DNA of 64,000 nt from contig CBDCOX010000002.1 in assembly GCA_965219995.1 (NCBI GenBank), forward strand, positions 2,048,001-2,112,000, given 5' to 3'. This DNA comes from Candidatus Latescibacterota bacterium (GTDB taxonomy: Bacteria > Latescibacterota > UBA2968 > GCA-2709665). This document shows positions 10,674 to 20,748 of this stretch, piece by piece. A program made the translations under genes and the position numbers. Below the pieces are notes generated by a model that saw only the letters and a list, made by a program, of their open reading frames with translations, had not been told where the DNA came from and did no database searches. How positions within the stretch are numbered: the stretch's first letter is position 1; the number at the start of each line of letters is the position of its first letter.

Positions 10674-11984
10674 ATGGAGGAAAGGCAACGCAGGTTCTTG
10701 ATTGCAGGAATCCTGATCGGACTGTGCGCGATCGGCATGCTGGCACTGGGCGAAGCCCGGTACCGGATGCCGCTTTTTTTTGTGCTGTTCGGCCTCTGGA
10801 CGGGTTTCTACCTGGCGGCCGTATGGCATTGTACTGCCGCCGCACTCAAGACTGTCGTGCTGTTTGGCGTACTGTTCCGGGTCATCATGCTGTTTTCCCC
10901 GCCCGGTCTGTCCGATGACGTGTACAGATACCTGTGGGACGGGCGCGTCCAGGCCGCAGGGATAAACCCGTACGCCTACCCGCCGGCTTCGGAAGAACTC
11001 GCCGATCTCAGAGACGATACGGTGTTCCCCGAGGTAAACCATCCTCACGTGCCGACCATCTATCCGCCGCTGGCTCAGGCTTTGTTCAGGGTCTGCAATC
11101 TCGTCCATCCGTCGATCTGGACCGTAAAGGCGGTGCTGGTTCTCTTCGATTTGCTGACGGCATGGTTTCTGCTGGGTCTGATCCGGCTTTACGATCAGCA
11201 TCCGGGACAGTTGCTCATCTACCTCTGGCATCCCCTGCTGCTTGTCGAGGTGGCCGGCAACGCCCACGTCGACGCGATGGGCGTCTCGTTCATGGTACTT
11301 GCATTCCTGTATCTTCAAATCGGTGGGTACACGCGGGCTTTCGCCGCACTGGCCCTCTCCGTTCTGAGCAAGTTCTTTGCCATTTGCCTGGTTCCGGTCT
11401 TCTGGCGCTGGATCAGCGAAAGGATCTCCGAACGGTCCGAGAGGCGGCTGCCGGCAGCCCTTAGGCCGCAGGCCGTGGCGCCTGTACTGGTTTTCACCGC
11501 GCTGATAGCGGCCGGGTACATGCCCTTCCGGGAGGCAGGAGGAAATCTGTTCGCAGGCTTCCTGACCTATGCCGAACACTGGAGTTTCAACGCGCCGGTC
11601 TTTGGCATCCTGAGTTATCTGCTGGATAGCCCGCTTTGGGCTCGCATCGTCATCGCGGTCGGGTTTGGGGGGGCGGTTATTCTGTTCACGTTCAGCCGTA
11701 TGCCGCCGATTCAGGCGGGGTTCTTCCTTGTTGGGACCTTTCTGTTACTCACGCCGACGTTACACCCCTGGTATGCGATCTGGATCTTACCCTTCATGGT
11801 ATTTTACAGACAGCCGGCATGGCTGGTCTTTACCGGGCTTATCGCAATCTCGTATCACGTGCTGATAAAATACGCGAGCCAGGGAATATGGGAGGAGGCG
11901 GTCTGGGTGAAGTTCGTGTTATTCGGCGGATTTGCGCTTGTCTGGGGATTCGAACGGATTAAGCGGAGACGCGGTCACACTTGA
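10674..11984 (+). CDS. GT-C (GT87-like) polytopic membrane glycosyltransferase
   Basis: SDDVYRYLWDG, NPY, TIYPP, W.PL...E..GNAH.D, HPWY; many TM segments. Confidence 0.82.
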   Translation: MEERQRRFLIAGILIGLCAIGMLALGEARYRMPLFFVLFGLWTGFYLAAVWHCTAAALKTVVLFGVLFRVIMLFSPPGLSDDVYRYLWDGRVQAAGINPYAYPPASEELADLRDDTVFPEVNHPHVPTIYPPLAQALFRVCNLVHPSIWTVKAVLVLFDLLTAWFLLGLIRLYDQHPGQLLIYLWHPLLLVEVAGNAHVDAMGVSFMVLAFLYLQIGGYTRAFAALALSVLSKFFAICLVPVFWRWISERISERSERRLPAALRPQAVAPVLVFTALIAAGYMPFREAGGNLFAGFLTYAEHWSFNAPVFGILSYLLDSPLWARIVIAVGFGGAVILFTFSRMPPIQAGFFLVGTFLLLTPTLHPWYAIWILPFMVFYRQPAWLVFTGLIAISYHVLIKYASQGIWEEAVWVKFVLFGGFALVWGFERIKRRRGHT

Positions 11985-12102
11985 AACTCGTCGGAAGACG
12001 CCGTTCAGATTGGACGACGTTTCTTTGACATGGAGGTTTGGGACCCATTGGCAAGGTTCTTGAAAGCACCAACTGCCGGCCCGGTCGACTGACTGGAGCA
12101 GT

Positions 12103-15100
12103 CTAAACCGCCTTGCCGAAAAAGAGAGCAAACCGTACGAAGTCGGAAAATGCAACGAGCCCGTCGTCGTCCAGGTCGAACCGGGGATCGGATGAACCGA
12201 AGGCGCGGGCAAAGAGCAGAAAGTCAGAAAAATCAACCACGCCGCTTCTGTCGAAGTCCGCGACTGCCGCCGCAGGAAAGATGGTCTGATCGGCGGTAAA
12301 CATAATGTTTCTGTTACCGGAGGCAAGGGGCACACCTGACGAGTCGGCCGCCATGGAAAGGGTTATGGTGTAGGCGAGACCGGCTTCAAAGGGCATCGCA
12401 AACGTCAAGAGGGCACGTTGGCTCCCGCGGTCCAGGACCACTGAGGTCGGGCGTCCGAGGACCGGAGTAACCGAGTAGCCATGAGGATCGGCCGTTTCTG
12501 CGGCCATCGGTTCGCTGAACGTGAGAGAAAGCCTGCTGTCGCGCAGGACTTCGACGCGGTAAAGTTCCGGAGCCGGGTTGGGGCGAAGGGCGTGTGGCGC
12601 GGAGCGAATCTCGTCGCCACCGGGAAGCACGGCGACCACCACGTAACGGTAGACCCTGTTTTCGGCCAGGCCGGTATCCGTGTAGGTATTGGATTCCAGG
12701 TTATCCCTGATGACCGCAAGTGTGTTTCCGTCGACGCCGCGAAGGATTTTATAGGTGGCGCCGCCATCCGCAGGCGCCCATGTGAGCCTGGCGCTGTCGG
12801 CTCCCAGCGGATGGGCGTGCACAACTTGCAGGACCCTCGTGAAACCTGCCTCGGTACGTTCCATTATACGCACGGCGCCATCCCGGTTGTACAGAAGCTC
12901 GGCGTACCCATCCTTATCCAGATCCGCGATGAGCGGACGGGACGTCAATGAAACGGTCCCGTGCCAGAAGGGCTCGTATGTATTCGGGCCGATGGAGCGG
13001 ACCAGGTAAAGGTCCGGACGCAGACAGACCGCCAGGTCGGGTATGCCATTGCCGTCCACGTCGCCCGTTGCAATGCCGTTTCCCGTTGAAAGCACACCCG
13101 AAATCCGAATCGACCACTCCATCGCGTAGGAGGACGGCCCGTCCGTGCTGTAGATTTCCAGGGTCCAGAACCCGTTAAGCGCGTCGTTACGGTCTTCGGC
13201 AGCGCGGGCGACCGCGAATTCCACGTCACCGTCATCGTCAATATCCGCGCCTCCGCCGATCCATTGGGTGTTGGTGCTGTCACTTCCCGCCAGTTTCCAG
13301 GTCTGTACGAAGCCGCGCCCCTGCAGGGCTTCGTACATCCACAGGTCCCCGTCGTAGTCGCCCGAAAGAATCTCCTTCCTGCCGTTGTCGTTCAGATCCG
13401 CGATGACAAACCTGAGGCCGGGCAGGTTGAACCCCTCGGTGGGGTTCGCGAGCCGGGCGGTTTCCACGAATGCGCCTTCCGGCGTACTCCTCAGAATCAG
13501 GATGCCCCCCGCTTCAGCCGATCGGGTTACGATCTCGTTTCGGCCGTCGCCGTCGATATCGGCGATTTCTCCGCCCTCGACTTGCGTCAGATCCAGAAGG
13601 GTCTCGAATGGAAACGGCGTCCCTCCGATGAGCAGGAGATGCGGGAACCGCGTGCCGAGCAGGTCGGTACTGCCATCGTTGTTCGCGTCGCCCAATGCCC
13701 ATGGAAGGAATGCCTCGGCGGTCCGGAAGACGGTTGTAAAGCTTCCGTCGTCCCCACGTTCCATGATCAGGTTCGTGTTGTAGGGACGGCCGCGAGCGTA
13801 CGGCATCAGGACGATTTCGGGGCGCCCGTCCATATCGAAATCGGTGGCCTCACTGGCGAGGAACCCGTCGGGCAGCGTGCCGCGTTGAACAAATCCGCGG
13901 GACGGGATTCGCATCGGGTTGACCGCAACCGTCCCCGGTTCGGAAACCTCCACCTGTCCGGCGGCGTCCTGCGCCACAACGCGGTACTCCAGGGATCCGG
14001 GGTCGAGGTCCGGGGGCAGGGTGATGCGGTGGCGGGTGTAGACAATGTCCGAAAAGAGACTGTCTTCCCGCGCGGCTGCAGACGAGCGATAGAGCAGGGC
14101 GCCGCGTGTCGGAAATCTGGTGTGCCATTCGGCCTGGTAGGCCTGGCGGTTTCCAACGAGCATGGGTGAGATCGACGCACTCGATATAACGGGCGGAGCC
14201 CGCCGAATGCCGATTCGGACCCGATCTTCAAGGGTCGTGCCGTCGGTCATCCGAACCGTCAACCGCACGATGGCGGCGGCGCCGGCGTGGGTGCCCGGTG
14301 TCCATGAATGCCGGATGTCAGATCGCGGCGGTCCCCCGGTGAGTCGCACCCAGGATTGCGGATCCGTTCCCGGGCCCCAGGAGAGCTCGTAGCCGGCAAC
14401 GTCCGGACCGTCGGCCCGCCCGATGATATCCACGTTCCGCCGGACGCCGTCGTCCGTTTGAGGCCGGTCGATCCGTACGACGGGGGGATCGGGCCATCGG
14501 ATGAATTTTTCGAGCAATGTGCCGGCATCGACTCTGCCGGCGCCGTAGCTGCTGTCCCAACCCCCCGGTCCGAGATCGATCGCGGACGCGATGAGCAGCG
14601 AGCGAACCTGCTCGGCGGAAAGACCGGGACGGCGTGAGAGCAGAAGCGACGCCAGTCCGGAAATATGGGGCGCGGCGAAGGACGTGCCCGAGGCGCGCCG
14701 GTACCCGTTCCCCGGCATCGTTGTGATCGTGCCGGCCCCCGGCGCCACCAGATCCAGCGGTACGCCTGTGCTGCTGAACGCGGCAATGCGGTCCAGGGGC
14801 GCCGTGGCGCCCACGGCAATGGTCTCATCCATGGCCGCCGGGTAGGACAGGCCGGATCCGCCGGTGTTACCGGCGGAACTGACGAGAACAACGCCACTCG
14901 CAGCCGCGTAACGCACCACGTCCCGGATGAGCAATGCGCTTTCCGGCCCCCCCCAGCTCATATTGAGGATATGGGCGCCGTTTTCCACGGCATAGAGTAT
15001 GGCGGCGGCCAGGTCGTCTTCCTCCAGAAAGGTGAAATCGGACTGCAGCGTCACGCCGGCGCGGAGGGACATCAGCGCAGCGTCGGGGGCGACGCCGGCA

Positions 15101-15837
15101 ATGCCCACGCCGTTGTCCGCCACCGCCGCGGCGATGCCCGCTACGCGGGTGCCGTGGCTGGACTCGTCCATGGGATCGTTGTCGGGCGAAAGGTAGTCAC
15201 CCTTCGCCGGAAGCGTCGGGGTGTGGGTGAAGTCCCATCCGCGTATGTCGTCCACGTACCCGTTGTTGTCGTCGTCAACACCCGGCCTGCCGGATGCTTC
15301 GACAGTGTTGATCCAGATATTTTCAGCCAGATCTTCGTGGGTATAGTCCACGCCGGAATCGATGATGGCGATGACGACGCCCTGTTCGGCCGGCGGAAGG
15401 CCGTCCAGCAGGATCTGCCATCTGATCTGGTTCAGGCCGTACTGATCGCTCAGGCGGGGATCGTCGGGCACATCGTGGTGTGAAAACAGGTGAACCGGCT
15501 GCGCGTATTGGACACCGGCGTGCTCCGAATAGGCGGCCGCGGCTTCCACGGGACTCGCTTCCTCGTCTATTTCGAGTCGGTACACCTGCGAGAATCCACT
15601 CGCCCGTTTGGAAAGGACCGTGGTTGGCTTGAAAACCGGTTCGGGGGTGCCGGCGCCAAAACGCGCGTGCAGGGTCTCGAGACTTCCGGCAGCTGTTTTG
15701 GAGGCCGACGTCTTGAACTTGATGAGAATCTGTCCGGGAGAGTGAGCAGGTTGAGCAACGACGGAACGGAAAGCCAGCAAAGATACCAGAAGTTGAAATG
15801 TGACGGATATCGCGCGTGTCCGGTTGATATGGCTCAA
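12103..15837 (-). CDS. Secreted S8 subtilisin-like protease with FG-GAP/VCBS repeats, FN3, Ig-like domain and C-terminal double EF-hand dockerin-like domain
   Basis: Signal peptide; triad IIDSG, HGTRVAG, GTSFAAP; repeated D.D.DG..E/D motifs; C-terminus ADFDRSGVVDFSDFLLFARAFG...FDLDDDGLVAFSDFVRFALFFGK. Confidence 0.9.
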   Translation of the reverse strand: MSHINRTRAISVTFQLLVSLLAFRSVVAQPAHSPGQILIKFKTSASKTAAGSLETLHARFGAGTPEPVFKPTTVLSKRASGFSQVYRLEIDEEASPVEAAAAYSEHAGVQYAQPVHLFSHHDVPDDPRLSDQYGLNQIRWQILLDGLPPAEQGVVIAIIDSGVDYTHEDLAENIWINTVEASGRPGVDDDNNGYVDDIRGWDFTHTPTLPAKGDYLSPDNDPMDESSHGTRVAGIAAAVADNGVGIAGVAPDAALMSLRAGVTLQSDFTFLEEDDLAAAILYAVENGAHILNMSWGGPESALLIRDVVRYAAASGVVLVSSAGNTGGSGLSYPAAMDETIAVGATAPLDRIAAFSSTGVPLDLVAPGAGTITTMPGNGYRRASGTSFAAPHISGLASLLLSRRPGLSAEQVRSLLIASAIDLGPGGWDSSYGAGRVDAGTLLEKFIRWPDPPVVRIDRPQTDDGVRRNVDIIGRADGPDVAGYELSWGPGTDPQSWVRLTGGPPRSDIRHSWTPGTHAGAAAIVRLTVRMTDGTTLEDRVRIGIRRAPPVISSASISPMLVGNRQAYQAEWHTRFPTRGALLYRSSAAAREDSLFSDIVYTRHRITLPPDLDPGSLEYRVVAQDAAGQVEVSEPGTVAVNPMRIPSRGFVQRGTLPDGFLASEATDFDMDGRPEIVLMPYARGRPYNTNLIMERGDDGSFTTVFRTAEAFLPWALGDANNDGSTDLLGTRFPHLLLIGGTPFPFETLLDLTQVEGGEIADIDGDGRNEIVTRSAEAGGILILRSTPEGAFVETARLANPTEGFNLPGLRFVIADLNDNGRKEILSGDYDGDLWMYEALQGRGFVQTWKLAGSDSTNTQWIGGGADIDDDGDVEFAVARAAEDRNDALNGFWTLEIYSTDGPSSYAMEWSIRISGVLSTGNGIATGDVDGNGIPDLAVCLRPDLYLVRSIGPNTYEPFWHGTVSLTSRPLIADLDKDGYAELLYNRDGAVRIMERTEAGFTRVLQVVHAHPLGADSARLTWAPADGGATYKILRGVDGNTLAVIRDNLESNTYTDTGLAENRVYRYVVVAVLPGGDEIRSAPHALRPNPAPELYRVEVLRDSRLSLTFSEPMAAETADPHGYSVTPVLGRPTSVVLDRGSQRALLTFAMPFEAGLAYTITLSMAADSSGVPLASGNRNIMFTADQTIFPAAAVADFDRSGVVDFSDFLLFARAFGSSDPRFDLDDDGLVAFSDFVRFALFFGKAV

Positions 15838-15940
15838 TGTCCGGCTCCCGGGTTGTGAACTTTCGGCACCCTGAAATTTCTATTCATCCTGATTCATTCG
15901 TCTTTTCGTTATGGACGGGATATCCGCCGGGAGGTTCCGT

Positions 15941-17137
15941 TTATGTCGATGGCCGGTCGGGAAGCGTGCCCGCGCTTTGCGGTTCCGGCGTGCGGGGAAG
16001 CGCTGCCACAAGCGCGGCGGAAGGGAGCAGAATGAGGGAGACGCAAGCCAGCGCAAATGCCATGGAAGTGATGTCTGCAAGGAGACCGATGCCCGGCAGC
16101 ATGAGGCCCGAGACACCCCACGCAAATCCCATCACCAGTCCGGTGGCCGTGCTGGCGTGTTGGGGCAGGATGCGCTGTGCCAGCACGATATTGGTGGTGG
16201 CGCCGAGGTCGAAGATGAATCCGGCAGCCAGGAAACAAACCAGCGAGATGGGACCGGAGGTGAAGCAAAAAGCAAGGTAGAAGACGGTTGAGCACGCACA
16301 GGACCACCCCAGAAGCTTGCGGGGAGCCACACGGTCGCCGAGATAACCGCCGGCCAGCCGCCCCAGTGTGGCCGCGATCAGATAGGCGGACAACACCCAG
16401 CCGATCCTGGAGATATCCCACATTCTCTCGTGACCGAGAATGGAGATGAAGCTCACGCAGGCTGCGTGGACCAGCGATCGAAATACAGCGATCGCGTACA
16501 GGATCCAGAGCGGACGCATGGCCGCCGTCCCCAGAAACGCGTAGCTGATGCGCGCCGATGCCCTGGTACTTTCGGCCCGGGTGGCGGTCCTGGACAAGCG
16601 CATAAGCACCGCCGCAGCCGCAAGACAGGGAAAAACAACGATCCAGAGTGACTCCAGCCCGTAGCGTGAGATCAACTGAGTTCCCGTCACCGGCGCAATC
16701 GCCATGCCCAAAGGACCGCCGGTCAGGAAGACCGCCATGGCAATGTTGGATCGTCCGGGTAACGACGTCGTCACCAGACCGCCGGCAGTCGGATGAAAGA
16801 GTGACGAACCGAGAGAGGCCAGAATCAGGAATCCGGCGAGCACGGCGGCCGTGGGCAGCATTCCGATAACCGAAACGCAGAGGCCGCACGCAAGTACGCC
16901 GAGCGCAGCGAGACGCACCCGATTGGACCGGTCGCCGATGTAGCCCATGAACGGTTGCGGGATATTGCCAAAAAGAGAGACGACCATCGGGAGGAGGGAC
17001 GCTTCCACGAGCGTAAGCCCGAACTTGTCCTTGAAGAGGGCAAGCAACGGTGGAAACAGGGTCATGTAGAAGTCTACGGTAGTGTGCGCATAGGTGATCA
17101 GACAGACCCGGAGCAATGGTCGTTTCGTCAGGGGCAT
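15941..17137 (-). CDS. MFS transporter (Fsr-like)
   Basis: H..VDFY, QPFMGYIGDR, GSSLFHP, GGYLGDR; about 12 TM segments. Confidence 0.88.
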   Translation of the reverse strand: MPLTKRPLLRVCLITYAHTTVDFYMTLFPPLLALFKDKFGLTLVEASLLPMVVSLFGNIPQPFMGYIGDRSNRVRLAALGVLACGLCVSVIGMLPTAAVLAGFLILASLGSSLFHPTAGGLVTTSLPGRSNIAMAVFLTGGPLGMAIAPVTGTQLISRYGLESLWIVVFPCLAAAAVLMRLSRTATRAESTRASARISYAFLGTAAMRPLWILYAIAVFRSLVHAACVSFISILGHERMWDISRIGWVLSAYLIAATLGRLAGGYLGDRVAPRKLLGWSCACSTVFYLAFCFTSGPISLVCFLAAGFIFDLGATTNIVLAQRILPQHASTATGLVMGFAWGVSGLMLPGIGLLADITSMAFALACVSLILLPSAALVAALPRTPEPQSAGTLPDRPST

Positions 17138-17212
17138 CGGTGTTCCTGTCGTTCGGAAACGGCGCAACTGTGACATGGAGCTGTCGACCCGTTGACGCGC
17201 GACCCCGCAGAT

Positions 17213-17575
17213 TTACGCGAGACCGGCGCGCTCGATAACGACTTCTCCGAGTTTGTCATGGATGCCCAGCGGGCCGGTGACGCGGAAGGTGACGCGCCGA
17301 TAACGTACCGCGGCCCGTTCAACCATGGCAGGGATGTCGTGGGTGGCGTGGCGGCCGGGTGAGAGCATGTAGGGGTGGACGATGACCTCGGTTGCGCCGT
17401 CGCGAACACAGGCTTCAACGCCCTCTTCCAGGGTGGGACGGGCGAGTTCCATATGGGCGATGTGCACGAGAAGCCCCGGCCGTTTTCGCCGCACGACTTC
17501 CGCAACGGCTTCCAGCATGCGATTGGCTTCGTCCCGGGTAGAACCGTGATCGACAATCAGAAGGGCTTTGGGCAT
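17213..17575 (-). CDS. Short-form CbiX/SirB sirohydrochlorin chelatase family protein
   Basis: DHGS, AHMELARP, PYMLSPGRH..DIP, PLG.H. Confidence 0.87.
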   Translation of the reverse strand: MPKALLIVDHGSTRDEANRMLEAVAEVVRRKRPGLLVHIAHMELARPTLEEGVEACVRDGATEVIVHPYMLSPGRHATHDIPAMVERAAVRYRRVTFRVTGPLGIHDKLGEVVIERAGLA

Positions 17576-17650
17576 GGCAAATTTACGCTCAGAAGTAGAA
17601 GGAACAATCTTCGGATCGTTCCGCTGGCAACGTCTACTCGACGATTCGAT

Positions 17651-20614
17651 TCAATCGTCCCAGCGTCTGAATCCGACGTGGACAACCTTAAACGCGTCGC
17701 CTGGTTCAAAGTCGTAGCGGAACCCTTTCGAATAATCCAGGTCGTCCACCATACCGCGGATAAAATCTTCATCGCCAACTCGGATGAATGTCGTATTGTT
17801 TTTACGCTCGACGCTTCGGATCCGATAGCAGGCATCGCGTTCATTTTCGTTCCGGATGGAAATGTAAGCGCCTGAGAGCGGTCCGTTTGGTGGCGGTTCG
17901 GTTGTGTGGATGACCCCGGGCTCGCGGGTGGAGACGATGCCGGTCCAGGCGGCTTCGTCCAGCCGGATGCCGTGTGAATCGGTACCTAAGACAGTCCCGC
18001 CAACGAGCGTGGCCCATTGCGGACCGTTTTTCGATTCCGCAAAGATTCCGAACCTGCCGTTGAAGCAGATGCGGCCGTCTATGTTGATGCAGCTGTGTCC
18101 GTCGCCGAAAATGATCGTGTGGGTATGTTCGTCCTGCAGGCGGACTCTTAGTGCACGGAAAGCAGGGCCGCCAGGGAGGTCGATCTCTTCAATTTGCACG
18201 ATATTCCGGTTTTTCCTGAACGCTTCGATGATGCTCAAATAGCCCGAGTCGAGAGGTTGTTCGCCCTCATGGGCGGCAATACCGTAGGTCAGACGCCGGG
18301 GGTTGCCGGGTTTGTTGCGTGGTGGATCGCCGTGACAGAGGGCAATCTCCCCAGGGGAGTTTATCAGGTTCCATCGCAGGTGAATGTCGGTCGCAGCACC
18401 GGGCACCGGTGAGGCGGGGAGCACCTGCCACGTGTCCGCAATGGTCCAGTCGACGGAAACCGTGTCCGCCGGTGCTGCACACCGCTTTACGTCGTAAAGG
18501 TACTGGAAGCCGCTGCCACCATAATTACGAACTTCGCCATCGTAAAATTCCCCAAACTTCACGTCTTCACCCGCGTAGGTGCCTTTATCCTGCGGGTTCA
18601 ACTCGAGACCCTCAGTCCTGACGATCCCGTCGGCCGCGTGGAAGAGAAAGTGGTGGGAAGATCCGCCGGAGACCTGGAAAAAATCTGCCACATAGAATTC
18701 CGTATCGGAGATTCGAACCAGCGCGCTGGTGCGACGGTAGATCGAGCACTGCGGGTAGACGTCAGTCGACGACACGGAGACCACCTGAGCTTCCCCGGTG
18801 GTGGCATAGAAGTCGACTTTTCCGGAGTAGCCGCCAATCTGTTTGCTGCGATCGACAAGGACCGTGTTGTGGGAGACGGTGTGGCTGGTCCAGCCTGAGC
18901 GTTTCGGCCATACGCGCGCGTGTTCCGGATAGCCCAGGTCAGGCAGCAGGTCCAGTCCGTAGGCATAGAGGCCCAGATTCAATCGGTCCGCATGCCCGTG
19001 GCCGGTGTTGCGGCCGTAGTAAAGCCAGAGGGTGCGTTCGGTTTCATCCGCGCCGTCTCTGAGAAGTGCCAGACCATACCCCGACATCAGATCAGAAACG
19101 AGACGGAAGGGTCCCTCTCGCGCTGTCGTCTCTGCCACACGATGCCGGATGGCTTCGGGATCCTCGTTGAAGATGCTGCCGTGAATCCGTGTCAGGTCTC
19201 CACCTGCGAGGTGGTGTGCAGCCCTGGCGAAAATGGGATCGCCAAACAGCTCGAGGCCCTCCAGACACTGCTCGACGGTGAGACCGCAAAGGTTAGGGTT
19301 ACCCGTCTGGCCGGTGTCGCCAATGTTCGGGATGTATCTGCCCAGACAGATCATGCGGATGTGCCCCAGGAACATCTGCTTGTAACGCAGATACCCCCGG
19401 ACGTTGTGACGGGTGTACGAGCGCCGGCATCTGAGAACACGGTCCAGGTCGTTCATGCCCTGCGATTTGTGGAGCCAGCCCAGGCTGTAGGAGGGCGCGG
19501 CTTCGGAACCGATACCGTCCCGGTCGATTTCTCCCGCGAAAAGTCTCGGGATGTGTCCACCGCTCGGTTTTCGACCGCGCAGTTCGCCGGCTTTGAAGAC
19601 CCAGTCCAGCCACTGGTCGGTATCTTCAGCATCCAGGGCGACGGAGAGGACGGCCATCGTGACCTGGTCGCCGGGTTCGTTTCGGGCGACGTCGCCCGCG
19701 AGGATGGCGGCAATGCCCTCGCGGATGATACGATCCTCAATGTGGCGGCACAGTTCGTCCACGGTGTTCTGAGACGACAAACCGTGGTCGATCTGTTTGC
19801 GTGAGAGGAATGTGAAGAGCGGGTCGTCATCCCGCCACGCCGATCTCACGGCGTCATAACATTCCGTGAACGTGATGAGCAGGCCCGGTTCCCAGATGCG
19901 GCCGTAGATACGTCCCCGGCCGCTCAATCCGTCCGAGTTGAAGAATCCGAGTCCAGCCCAGCAGGACCAGTGCATATCGGGATAGACGTCGGCGATCCTG
20001 GCCAGCAGGATGCCGGCTTTGTGGGCGTACATGGGGTTGCCCGTGAGCACGTATGCCCGCTTCAATCCCTGGCAGGCGGTCCGTATTTCGTTCCAGATGC
20101 CATGGTGTCCGTACACACCAATGAGTTTGAATGATTCTCCGGTGTCGTCGGTCCAGCCGGTACCGTCGTCAACACACCAGGCGTGAAGGGGGTCGTTTCT
20201 GTCCGGATGTTGGGTGTTGAAGAGCAGGCTGCGGTCGGCTTTGTCGGGATGGAAGAGTCCGTCACGTCCGATGCCGCTCTTGTAGAAAGCGGCATAGTCG
20301 TTGCTGGGGAAACGGCCGCTGCAGTTGGGGCAGATGATCTTCCAGGGGTCGCGGAGAACATCCACTTTGAAGGCACCCCCGTAACGATTTATGCCGTCGC
20401 CGCATCTCGGACACCCTTTGGTGACGCTCGCGTTGGTGCTCCGACCGGTGGTTTGCCCGGCAACCAGGGACCACAGGGCGTCATCGTTGAGATCAAGCCA
20501 GCGCCGGGCACAGTCGACGGCAGCGTCCCGCTCGGCGGCAGCCCAGTTCGCCTGTTCAATGTTGCGGCGTGCGTTGGCGATCCGTTCGGAGGCGATAAAT
20601 CGTCCACCGGGCAT
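17651..20614 (-). CDS. Heparinase II/III-family polysaccharide-lyase-like protein
   Basis: GHGHADRLNLGLYA, DLGYP, HTVSHNTVLVD; N-terminal CxxC...CxxC. Confidence 0.8.
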   Translation of the reverse strand: MPGGRFIASERIANARRNIEQANWAAAERDAAVDCARRWLDLNDDALWSLVAGQTTGRSTNASVTKGCPRCGDGINRYGGAFKVDVLRDPWKIICPNCSGRFPSNDYAAFYKSGIGRDGLFHPDKADRSLLFNTQHPDRNDPLHAWCVDDGTGWTDDTGESFKLIGVYGHHGIWNEIRTACQGLKRAYVLTGNPMYAHKAGILLARIADVYPDMHWSCWAGLGFFNSDGLSGRGRIYGRIWEPGLLITFTECYDAVRSAWRDDDPLFTFLSRKQIDHGLSSQNTVDELCRHIEDRIIREGIAAILAGDVARNEPGDQVTMAVLSVALDAEDTDQWLDWVFKAGELRGRKPSGGHIPRLFAGEIDRDGIGSEAAPSYSLGWLHKSQGMNDLDRVLRCRRSYTRHNVRGYLRYKQMFLGHIRMICLGRYIPNIGDTGQTGNPNLCGLTVEQCLEGLELFGDPIFARAAHHLAGGDLTRIHGSIFNEDPEAIRHRVAETTAREGPFRLVSDLMSGYGLALLRDGADETERTLWLYYGRNTGHGHADRLNLGLYAYGLDLLPDLGYPEHARVWPKRSGWTSHTVSHNTVLVDRSKQIGGYSGKVDFYATTGEAQVVSVSSTDVYPQCSIYRRTSALVRISDTEFYVADFFQVSGGSSHHFLFHAADGIVRTEGLELNPQDKGTYAGEDVKFGEFYDGEVRNYGGSGFQYLYDVKRCAAPADTVSVDWTIADTWQVLPASPVPGAATDIHLRWNLINSPGEIALCHGDPPRNKPGNPRRLTYGIAAHEGEQPLDSGYLSIIEAFRKNRNIVQIEEIDLPGGPAFRALRVRLQDEHTHTIIFGDGHSCINIDGRICFNGRFGIFAESKNGPQWATLVGGTVLGTDSHGIRLDEAAWTGIVSTREPGVIHTTEPPPNGPLSGAYISIRNENERDACYRIRSVERKNNTTFIRVGDEDFIRGMVDDLDYSKGFRYDFEPGDAFKVVHVGFRRWDD

Positions 20615-20748
20615 CGGGCACCCCAAAAGACGAAGACTTGAGGTTGTTACTCGAGATGAAGCTCAAGTGATGGCATGACGCGCCGTCACTCTCCCGGCGG
20701 GATAGTACAGGGCCAACGGGCGAGGCTTTGGTCCGGTCGATTCGAGCG

